NCBI GenBank assembly: GCA_964614525.1
Contig: CAZTPA010000003.1
Span: 40,136-104,135, forward strand
Length of the DNA stretch: 64,000 bases
Source: an uncultured Bacteroidales bacterium
GTDB lineage: Bacteria; Bacteroidota; Bacteroidia; Bacteroidales; UBA7960
Direction: 5' to 3'
Shown: piece after piece, positions 10,426-20,304 of the stretch
Layout of the letters: the number at the start of each line of letters is the position of its first letter
How positions within the stretch are numbered: position 1 is the stretch's first letter
Position numbers and translations under genes: made by a program
Notes under the pieces: generated by a model
Told to the model about the DNA's origin: nothing
Seen by the model: the letters and a program-made list of their open reading frames with translations, nothing else
The model's database searches: none

Positions 10426-10461
10426 AAAAAAAGAGGAAGCATAAAGCCTCCTCTTTTTTTT
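10426..10461 (-). terminator. Rho-independent terminator downstream of gdh paralog 1
   Basis: aaaaaaagaggaagcataaagcctcctctttttttt. The arms AGAGGA(A/G)GC pair with one mismatch, A- and T-runs flank them, and the element lies 20 nt after the stop. Confidence 0.7.
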
Positions 10462-10480
10462 GCACCATATTTTAATTGGT

Positions 10481-11839
<1,359 letters not shown>

Positions 11840-12122
11840 TTAGTAAAAAGAAAATTATTGGTTTATTTGTCACAATGTTATTGATAAAATGTGTGGAGTT
11901 GGTTTTTTTTTGAAATAAAAAATAAATTTGTTTTTTCTTGCATATGTCACAAATTATTATATAGCCTTATTGTTGCTTTCAAATTATTAATAATATTTTA
12001 GAGAAATAGTGTGATTTTTGTTTATATTGTGATGTCTTTTGTTAATATGTAATGTAAAGACAATAGTATCGTTATTATGCTATAAATCAGGAAGATAATT
12101 ATAACTAAATTTTTTTATATCA

Positions 12123-15100
12123 ATGAAGTCTCCGGAAGAATCAAAACAAACATCCCAAGCTGAAGAATCTGCTAGTTCCGATAACCAAGTTTTTACATAT
12201 AGCCAGGAAGAAATTCAACGAATACTTATTGAAAAGCAAGAAAGGTTTAAAGAACTTAGTGCTATAAATAAAACTACTGCTATTCTTAAGGAAGACAAAC
12301 CAATTAGCGATATGCTAACGGAAATTGTAAAGATTTTACCACCGGCTTTTCAATATGATGAATATACCGTTTCTAAAATTAAATATGGAAAAGAGGAATT
12401 TGTAAGTGGCAGTGATTATAAGAAAACACCCTATGTTCTAAAAAAGAGTTTTGAAACTATTGACGGAAAAGAAGGAGTTATTGAGGTAAATTATCTTAAA
12501 AAATTCCCTGAGGCGGATGAAGGCCCTTTTATCATTGAAGAAAGGCATTTGATTAATAATTTATCCAGCATAATATCAGGACATTTAAATACGATAATAG
12601 GAAAAGATTTATTGAAAAAATCTGCACAAAAGGAGGAAGAAGAATCTGAAGATGAACGACACAGAATCTCTCACTCTGCAATGAGCAGGCAATTGCTTCA
12701 AAAGTTTTTAAAAAAACATAACTCAGATCGTGATATTTATCATGATTTAATGCAGTTTAAAGTGCGTGAAATTTTACTTGTTGCAAATTTGTATGATGCT
12801 TTCATTATTGAGCAGGAAGGAAAATTTTTCGAACAAGTGACAGGCGAATATTATCAGCTTAACTTATCCTCAGCACCTAGAATTACAGGAGTTTCTACTC
12901 CTGAAGAAGCTCTCGAAAAGTTGCAGGAAAAGTATTTTGATCTGGTTATTGTTATGATGGGAATTGATAAATCCACACCTATACAATTGAGCAGAATTAT
13001 AAAGCAAATATATCATAGTCTTCCGGTATTTCTTTTGCTGAATAATAATAGTGATATAGCACTTTTCGAAGATGGAAGTAAAAATATTACATCCATAGAC
13101 AAAATATTTGTCTGGAATGGTGATTCAAATGTGTTTCTTGCAATGGTGAAATACCTGGAAGATAAAGCTAATGTTAAAAATGATATTGCAATAGGTTTAG
13201 TGAGAGTTATCCTATTAGTTGAAGATTCTGCAAAATATTATTCCAGATATTTGCCTGTGCTTTATAGTATTGTTATTGAACAAACACGTCAATTAATCGA
13301 AGAGGTAAATACTGACGAGCTTTACAAGCTTCTAAAAATGAGAGCTAGGCCTAAAATTATTCTGGCTTCGACCTTCGAAGAGGCTGTTAGTATGTTTAAT
13401 GAATATAAAGACAATCTTCTTTGCCTGATATCTGATGTGAAATTTGAAAAAGACGGGAAGTTGGATGATGAAGCAGGTTTGGCGCTTTTAAGTTATGCTA
13501 AGACGGTTATTCCCGATTTGCCGGCTGTTTTGCAATCATCAGACACGGAAAATTCTCAAAAAGCTTATGAACTTAGAACAACATTCATCAATAAGAATTC
13601 AGATACTCTTAAACAAGACCTAAGAAGTTTTATTAATTATTTTCTGGGATTTGGAAATTTTGTTTATAAAGATGAATCAGGCAGAAAGGATATCGCTGTG
13701 GCCAGATCAATGAACGAATTTCAAAAGCATTTAAAAACAATACCTGAGCCATCTTTAATTTATCATGCTAAAAAGAATCATTTTTCACATTGGCTTATGG
13801 CTCGCGGAGAAATTCAAATTGCCAAAAAAATTAAGCCCTTGAGAGTTGATGACTTTAAAAGCCCGGGAACATTGCGCAATTTTCTTATCGATATGGTTGA
13901 GCAATGTATTCATGATAAGAAAAAGGGGAAAGTTGTCAACTTTGAAGAATCTGCATTACTTGATGAATCAAATATTGTGAGGCTGGCTCCCGGCTCTCTT
14001 GGGGGTAAAGGTCGTGGATTAGCTTTTATTAATATGCTGATTAATAATTTCGACTTTAATGAACTTGTTCCCGATATGAAAATTACCTCTCCAAGAACAT
14101 CTATTATTGGTACTGAGGAATTTGAAAATTTTATTCATAACAATAATATTTATGATAAAGTTTATGTAGAAACAGATTATAATAAGGTTAAGGATTTATT
14201 TTTAAAAGGAAAACTTTCTGATGGCCTTATTAAAAAACTAAGAAGTTATCTCGAAAATATAAATAATCCACTTGCTATAAGATCATCAAGTTTGTTCGAA
14301 GATTCTTTGATGCAGCCCTTTGCCGGTATTTTTGATACCTTTTTGCTACCCAATAATCATCCCGATATTGAGGTTAGATTGCAACAAATGATGAATGCAA
14401 TTAAAATGGTTTTTGCTTCAATATTTTCGCCCACTGCCAGAGCTTATTTCAATGCCGTTAATTACAAAATTGAGGAAGAAAAAATGGCTATTGCAATCCA
14501 GGAAGTTGTGGGTAATCAATATGAAAATTATTTTTATCCACATATTAGCGGAGTGGCGCAGTCTTATAATTTTTATCCTTTTTCTTATATGAAACCCGAA
14601 GAGGGTTTTGGTGTAGTGGCTGTCGGATTGGGTAAATATGTTGTAGAGGGTGAAAAAACATATAGATTCTCACCGGTACACCCGCAACTCGAAATGTATA
14701 CTCCCAAAGAATTATTTAAAAATTCACAAGTCCATTTTTATGCTATTGATCTTGATAAAAAGGATCTTAATATTCTTGAAGGAGAAGATGCCGGACTTAT
14801 TAAACTGGAAATTGATAAAGCAGAGCAACATGGAACTTTAAAGCATTGTGCCAGCGTATATGATATCTCCAACGAAAGAATTATTCCCGGAATTACAGAG
14901 TCCGGTCCAAGAATATTAAACTTTGCCAATATTCTTAAGTATGATTATGTCCCACTGGCAAAGTCTATAGAAGTTATTATTGATATTGTTTCTGAAGCCA
15001 TGGGAACTCCTATAGAAATTGAATTTGCCATTGATCTTACTAAGAACGAAGAAGGGCAGGCTTCTTTTTATTTGCTTCAGATAAAACCTCTTATTAAGAA

Positions 15101-15686
15101 TATTATGGATACCGAAATATCAATAGACAAGATTGATAATGAACGACTTCTGTTATATTCTGAAAATGGAATGGGAAATGGAAGAATTACGGGTATTTAT
15201 GATGTAGTTTATGTTGATGTGGAATCTTTCGATAATCTCAAAACCGAAAAAATGCGTGATGAAATTGCTGAACTTAATGATATATTAGGAAAGGAAAAAC
15301 GCAAATATATTCTTGTTGGTCCGGGAAGATGGGGTACAAGAGATAAGTTTATCGGGATTCCCGTGGCCTGGTCGCAAATTTCAAATGCAAAAATTATAGT
15401 AGAAATCAGCCTGGAAGATTTTCCGCTAGATGCCTCTTTGGGTTCGCATTTCTTCCATAATGTTATTTCAATGAATGTTGGATATTTTTCCGTAAAACAT
15501 AATGATTTGATAGATTTTATTAATTGGGATAAACTCAAAGAATGCGAGGTGATCAATAAAACAGAACATTTTAGACATGTCAGATTTGAAGAGTCTCTCG
15601 AAATTATTATGGATGGAAAAAGTAAAGCATCTTTAGTATATTTTGGAGAAAAAAATGACAACAAATCGGATGATGAAAAAAATTAG
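12123..15686 (+). CDS. Multidomain signalling protein: N-terminal sensor-like region, pseudo-receiver, receiver-like domain, PPDK_N-type ATP-grasp domain and a conserved C-terminal module (no swivel-His or PEP domain)
   Basis: 1187 aa. GSLGGKGRGLAFIN, AIRSSSLFEDSLMQPFAGIF, MAIAIQEVV and IEIEFAID match the nucleotide-binding domain of PEP synthase/PPDK. VILLVEDS ... LISD ... VLQSS ... FINK is receiver-like. No GGxTSHAA phosphohistidine motif is seen. Confidence 0.7.
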   Translation: MKSPEESKQTSQAEESASSDNQVFTYSQEEIQRILIEKQERFKELSAINKTTAILKEDKPISDMLTEIVKILPPAFQYDEYTVSKIKYGKEEFVSGSDYKKTPYVLKKSFETIDGKEGVIEVNYLKKFPEADEGPFIIEERHLINNLSSIISGHLNTIIGKDLLKKSAQKEEEESEDERHRISHSAMSRQLLQKFLKKHNSDRDIYHDLMQFKVREILLVANLYDAFIIEQEGKFFEQVTGEYYQLNLSSAPRITGVSTPEEALEKLQEKYFDLVIVMMGIDKSTPIQLSRIIKQIYHSLPVFLLLNNNSDIALFEDGSKNITSIDKIFVWNGDSNVFLAMVKYLEDKANVKNDIAIGLVRVILLVEDSAKYYSRYLPVLYSIVIEQTRQLIEEVNTDELYKLLKMRARPKIILASTFEEAVSMFNEYKDNLLCLISDVKFEKDGKLDDEAGLALLSYAKTVIPDLPAVLQSSDTENSQKAYELRTTFINKNSDTLKQDLRSFINYFLGFGNFVYKDESGRKDIAVARSMNEFQKHLKTIPEPSLIYHAKKNHFSHWLMARGEIQIAKKIKPLRVDDFKSPGTLRNFLIDMVEQCIHDKKKGKVVNFEESALLDESNIVRLAPGSLGGKGRGLAFINMLINNFDFNELVPDMKITSPRTSIIGTEEFENFIHNNNIYDKVYVETDYNKVKDLFLKGKLSDGLIKKLRSYLENINNPLAIRSSSLFEDSLMQPFAGIFDTFLLPNNHPDIEVRLQQMMNAIKMVFASIFSPTARAYFNAVNYKIEEEKMAIAIQEVVGNQYENYFYPHISGVAQSYNFYPFSYMKPEEGFGVVAVGLGKYVVEGEKTYRFSPVHPQLEMYTPKELFKNSQVHFYAIDLDKKDLNILEGEDAGLIKLEIDKAEQHGTLKHCASVYDISNERIIPGITESGPRILNFANILKYDYVPLAKSIEVIIDIVSEAMGTPIEIEFAIDLTKNEEGQASFYLLQIKPLIKNIMDTEISIDKIDNERLLLYSENGMGNGRITGIYDVVYVDVESFDNLKTEKMRDEIAELNDILGKEKRKYILVGPGRWGTRDKFIGIPVAWSQISNAKIIVEISLEDFPLDASLGSHFFHNVISMNVGYFSVKHNDLIDFINWDKLKECEVINKTEHFRHVRFEESLEIIMDGKSKASLVYFGEKNDNKSDDEKN

Positions 15687-15735
15687 TGAAAAATAAATAA
15701 ACAGCCGGAAAGCTGAAGAAAAAAGTTTATTAATA

Positions 15736-18729
15736 ATGTACAATAATATCAAAAAATCAAATTTGAAACCAAAATACGACACTCAATTTTCTACCGAGAG
15801 ATACGATTTTAAGGAAATAGATCATGAAGCCTTAATGCAGGAGCGTATTATTAATGTGCTATTGATTTGCAGTAGCTATGATGCTTTTATGCTGGAGGAA
15901 GACGGCAGAATTAATGAAAAAATATTCCTGGAATATACTTCTAAAAATTTAAGATATCCTCCGCAATTTACTCAGGCAAGTTCTTCAGAAATGGCTTTTG
16001 ATCTATTAGAAAAGAAAAATTATGACCTGGTTATCACAATGCTTAATGTGGGAGATGTTGATGTATTTGAAATGGCTAAAAGAGTCAAAAAGAGATATCC
16101 GAAAATTCCTATTGTTGTTCTCACACATTTTTCCAGAGAGGTTTCCCAAAAGCTTGCTAATGAAGATCTAAGCTCCATTGATCATGTGTTCTCATGGCTC
16201 GGAAATACCGGATTATTGCTGGCTATTATAAAGCTTATTGAAGATAAAATGAATGCTGATTATGATATCCTTGAACTTGGTGTTCAGGCGATATTGCTGG
16301 TTGAGGATTCTGTTAGATACTATTCTTCATATTTACCTACCATTTACCAGGTGTTATTTGAGCAGACAAATGAATTGATGACAGAGGGACTTAATGAACA
16401 CAGGAAAACCCTGAGAATGAGAGCAAGACCAAAAATATTACTTGCAAAAAATTATGAAGATGCTTTATATCTTTATGAGAAATACAAAAAAAATCTTTTA
16501 GGAGTTATCTCTGATATTGGTTATCCGAGTAAAGGTAAAAGAGATAAAAAGGCAGGTATAAAACTGGCCAAAAAAGTTTTAAAGGAGTCTCCTCACTTAC
16601 CGGTTATTCTTCAATCTTCATCAGATTTATCCGATGAGTCGGTTAGACAGATGGGTGCAGCGTTCTTAAATAAGTACTCAAAATCACTATTGACGGAACT
16701 TAAGAATTACATCAAAAACAATTATGGTTTTGGTGATTTTGTTTTTAAAAACCCTGAAACTAAGGCTGAAATTGACAGAGCAAATAATTTGCATTCCTTG
16801 CAAGTAAAATTGGCAAATATTCCGCACGATTCTCTTGAATATCATGTGTCTAATAATCATTTTTCCAGATGGCTTAAAGCGAGAGCACTCTTTGCAATTG
16901 CCAATATTTTTGCGGAAAAAAGTACAGATGATTTTAATAATCTTGAAGAAATTAGAAGTTATCTTATTGATACTATTGCAAATTACAGAAAAAAGAAAGG
17001 TCTGGGAATTATTGCAAGTCACCTTGATGAGTATGCAATTTTCACAAGGCTTGGTGATGGCCAGCTTGGGGGAAAAGCAAGAGGTTTAGCATTTATTGAT
17101 GCAATGATTAATAAAAATAAATTAATGTACAATTGGGAAAATATTATTGTTACCATTCCGCGTACAGCTGTGCTCACAACAGATATTTTTACTGAATTCA
17201 TGGAAGAAAATAATCTTTATGAATTTGCTCTTTCAAACGACTCTGATGAAGAAATTGTTGAACGCTTTGCCAGTGCAAATAGCCCGTTTTTAATGCATAA
17301 ATATATAAATCAGATTATTGATAGTTTTAATAAACCTCTTGCAGTTAGATCCTCAAGCTTATTAGAAGATAGCCATTACCAGCCATTTGCCGGAGTTTAC
17401 TCGACCTATATGATAGCGAATAATAGTGAGGATAGGAATATTAGATTAAAACAGCTGGAACAAACAGTTAAATGTGTGTATGCTTCAGTCTTTTTTAAAG
17501 AATCAAAAGCATATATTAATGCCACATCAAATGTTATTGATGAAGAAAAAATGGCTGTAATTATTCAGGAAATATCCGGAAATTCTTATGGAGATAAGTT
17601 TTATCCCGCCATATCAGGTGTTGCAAGGTCAATTAATTTTTATAATATTAAACCTGAAAAATATGAAGATGGAATTGCGAATATTGCTTTCGGTTTAGGT
17701 AAAACTGTTGTTGAAGGTGGTGTTACTTTGCGATTTTGTCCAAAATATCCGCAAAAAGCATTACAGCTGTCAAATCTTGAATTAGCACTTACAAATAGTC
17801 AAAAGGAATTTATTGCTTTGTATCTGGATTCTAATAAATTTTACCCTTCAGTAGATGAATCTGTTAATCTTTTCAAAGGCAGAATTAAAGATGCAGAGAA
17901 TGACAAAGCTTTAAAATATGTTGCCTCTACTTTCGATTATGAAGACCAGATTATCAGGGAAGGTATTTATGAAAATGGGAAAAAAATTATCACCTTCGCC
18001 AATATCTTAAAGTATAATTCTTTCCCCTTGGCTAATATACTCACTAATCTACTGGAGATTGGAAAGCATGATATGAATAGTCAGGTTGAAATTGAGTTTG
18101 CTGTTAATCTTGATGTGCCCGAAAATGAACCTCAAACTTTCTCTTTTCTGCAAATACGTCCTATCGTTGAAACACAGGAGAAGAATGTTGTTAATGTTGA
18201 TATAGATAATCTTGAGGATAGCATTATTTCCTGCCATGAAGCATTGGGAAATGGAATTATAGATGATATTTATGATTTTGTGTATGTGAAACCGGAGGCT
18301 TTTAAACCCTCAGAAACAAAAACTATCGCTAATATAATTGATAGACTTAATTCTCAATTTATTAGTGAAAATAGAAACTATATTCTTGTTGGTCCCGGAA
18401 GATGGGGCTCAAGTGACCCCTGGTTAGGAATCCCGGTTAAATGGTCTAATATCTCTGCCGCCAGGCTTATAGTAGAATCCAGTTTAAAAAACTTTAGGAT
18501 TGACCCAAGCCAGGGTACACATTTTTTTCAAAATCTTACTTCTTTTCATGTTGGTTATTTTTCAATTAATCCTCATTTGAATGACGGACATTATGATGTC
18601 GAATTCCTTAATAAAATGGAAGCTAAGTACGAAGATGAGTATGTAAGACATGTGAAATTTTCCAAACCTTTGATTGTAAAAATTGATGGAAGAAAAAAAA
18701 TTGGCGTTGTTTCTAAGCCCCAAAAATAA
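15736..18729 (+). CDS. Paralog of the preceding gene: pseudo-receiver, receiver-like domain, PPDK_N-type ATP-grasp and C-terminal module (lacks the N-terminal sensor-like region)
   Basis: 997 aa and collinear with the upstream protein: AILLVEDSVRYYSSYLP, RMRARPKILLA, VISD, GQLGGKARGLAFID, AVRSSSLLEDSHYQPFAGVY, MAVIIQEI, VEIEFAVN, ILVGPGRWGSSD, GTHFFQN. The gap to the upstream gene is 49 bp, so a likely operon. Confidence 0.7.
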   Translation: MYNNIKKSNLKPKYDTQFSTERYDFKEIDHEALMQERIINVLLICSSYDAFMLEEDGRINEKIFLEYTSKNLRYPPQFTQASSSEMAFDLLEKKNYDLVITMLNVGDVDVFEMAKRVKKRYPKIPIVVLTHFSREVSQKLANEDLSSIDHVFSWLGNTGLLLAIIKLIEDKMNADYDILELGVQAILLVEDSVRYYSSYLPTIYQVLFEQTNELMTEGLNEHRKTLRMRARPKILLAKNYEDALYLYEKYKKNLLGVISDIGYPSKGKRDKKAGIKLAKKVLKESPHLPVILQSSSDLSDESVRQMGAAFLNKYSKSLLTELKNYIKNNYGFGDFVFKNPETKAEIDRANNLHSLQVKLANIPHDSLEYHVSNNHFSRWLKARALFAIANIFAEKSTDDFNNLEEIRSYLIDTIANYRKKKGLGIIASHLDEYAIFTRLGDGQLGGKARGLAFIDAMINKNKLMYNWENIIVTIPRTAVLTTDIFTEFMEENNLYEFALSNDSDEEIVERFASANSPFLMHKYINQIIDSFNKPLAVRSSSLLEDSHYQPFAGVYSTYMIANNSEDRNIRLKQLEQTVKCVYASVFFKESKAYINATSNVIDEEKMAVIIQEISGNSYGDKFYPAISGVARSINFYNIKPEKYEDGIANIAFGLGKTVVEGGVTLRFCPKYPQKALQLSNLELALTNSQKEFIALYLDSNKFYPSVDESVNLFKGRIKDAENDKALKYVASTFDYEDQIIREGIYENGKKIITFANILKYNSFPLANILTNLLEIGKHDMNSQVEIEFAVNLDVPENEPQTFSFLQIRPIVETQEKNVVNVDIDNLEDSIISCHEALGNGIIDDIYDFVYVKPEAFKPSETKTIANIIDRLNSQFISENRNYILVGPGRWGSSDPWLGIPVKWSNISAARLIVESSLKNFRIDPSQGTHFFQNLTSFHVGYFSINPHLNDGHYDVEFLNKMEAKYEDEYVRHVKFSKPLIVKIDGRKKIGVVSKPQK

Positions 18730-18845
18730 TTTGATAAAAAGATTTTTTTTAATTGAAAAATAACTATAATTTCGCCCTGTAAATTACAAATTGTTAATAA
18801 ATTAACAAATCACCCTTTTTTACAAACAAATAAATTTTACGCATT

Positions 18846-20183
18846 ATGAATTTAGATAAAATATTATCAGATCTGGAGAACAGAAATCCGGGACAAAATG
18901 AGTTTTTACAAGCAGTAAAGGAAGTTTTAGAAACTATTGAAGACGTAGTTAAAGAAAATCCCAAATATGAAGCTGCAAATATTATTGAAAGAATTGTTGA
19001 ACCCGACAGAGTAATCAAGTTTAAAGTTCAGTGGGTTGATGACAAAGGTCAGGTAAATGTTAACAGAGGTTACAGAGTTCAGTTCAATAATGCTATCGGG
19101 CCATACAAAGGTGGACTTAGATTTCACCCTAGTGTAACTGAAGGCGGACTTAAATTCTTAGGATTTGAGCAAATATTTAAAAATAGTCTTACTACACTTC
19201 CTATGGGCGGTGGTAAAGGTGGTAGTGATTTTGACCCTAAAGGAAAATCACAAGCTGAAATTATGCGCTTCTGCCAGGCTTTTATGGCAGAGCTTTACAA
19301 ATATGTAGGTCCCGATACAGACATCCCTGCCGGTGATATCGGAGTTGGTGGTCGCGAAATTGGTTATATGTTTGGAATGTATAAGAAACTTCTTGGTCAG
19401 CATCACGGTGTATTTACAGGTAAAGGCAGAAATTGGGGAGGAAGCTTAATCCGTCCTGAAGCTACTGGCTTTGGTAATGTTTATTTCGCTGAAGAAATGC
19501 TGAAAACCCGCGGTGAATCAATGAAAGGAAAAATAGTTGCTGTTTCTGGTTTTGGTAATGTATCATGGGGATCTATTATTAAAGCTACACAACTTGGTGC
19601 AAGAGTTGTAACTATTAGCGGCCCTGACGGATATGTTTATGATCCTGATGGTATTTCAGGTGAAAAAATTGACTATCTGCTGGAACTGAGAGCTTCTAAC
19701 CAGGATATAGTTAAACCTTATACTTATGAGTTTCCTAATGCACAATTCTTTGAAGGAAAACGTCCATGGGAAGTTAAATGTGATGTTGCTTTACCTTGTG
19801 CTATTCAAAATGAACTTAACCTTGAGGATGCTAAAAATCTTGTTAATAATGGCGTAATGTGCGTATCCGAAGGTGCTAATATGCCTTGTACTCCTGAAGC
19901 TATGGAGCATTTTCTTAAAAATAAAATTTTATACGGCCCGGGAAAAGCTGCTAATGCCGGTGGTGTTGCTACTTCAGGTCTTGAGCAAACACAAAATGCA
20001 ATGAAACTTAACTGGGAAGCGGATGAAGTGGAAACTAAACTTCATAATATTATGAAAAATATTCACGAAGCTTGTGCCAAGTATGGAAAAGAAGAAGATG
20101 GTTTCATTAATTATGTTAAAGGTGCTAATGTTGCTGGTTTTATTAAAGTTGCCGATTCTATGATTGATCAGGGTGTTATATAA
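18846..20183 (+). CDS. gdhA: Glutamate dehydrogenase, hexameric family (paralog 2, distinct cofactor fingerprint)
   Basis: 445 aa with [46 protein letters not shown] and GANMP. Confidence 0.95.
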   Translation: MNLDKILSDLENRNPGQNEFLQAVKEVLETIEDVVKENPKYEAANIIERIVEPDRVIKFKVQWVDDKGQVNVNRGYRVQFNNAIGPYKGGLRFHPSVTEGGLKFLGFEQIFKNSLTTLPMGGGKGGSDFDPKGKSQAEIMRFCQAFMAELYKYVGPDTDIPAGDIGVGGREIGYMFGMYKKLLGQHHGVFTGKGRNWGGSLIRPEATGFGNVYFAEEMLKTRGESMKGKIVAVSGFGNVSWGSIIKATQLGARVVTISGPDGYVYDPDGISGEKIDYLLELRASNQDIVKPYTYEFPNAQFFEGKRPWEVKCDVALPCAIQNELNLEDAKNLVNNGVMCVSEGANMPCTPEAMEHFLKNKILYGPGKAANAGGVATSGLEQTQNAMKLNWEADEVETKLHNIMKNIHEACAKYGKEEDGFINYVKGANVAGFIKVADSMIDQGVI

Positions 20184-20204
20184 TTGCACTTTGTTTTATA
20201 TATT

Positions 20205-20245
20205 AAAAAGGGGATGTGTTTTGCATCCCCTTTTTTGTTTTTTTG
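20205..20245 (+). terminator. Rho-independent terminator after gdh paralog 2
   Basis: aaaaaGGGGATGtgttttgCATCCCCttttttgttttttt. The stem is a perfect 7 bp and is followed by a T-run. Confidence 0.8.
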
Positions 20246-20304
20246 GAGAATGGCAGTACTTAAAATAATTATATTTGTGAAAAAATAGATTTACTAACCT
20301 TTAT

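Noticed and set aside
15209-15664. 151-aa minus-strand ORF inside the 3' end of the 1187-aa gene
   Set aside because: It lies antisense to a frame carrying conserved paralog-shared motifs (GPGRWG, HFFHN). Its Ser/Leu-rich composition is typical of a reverse-frame artefact in AT-rich coding DNA.
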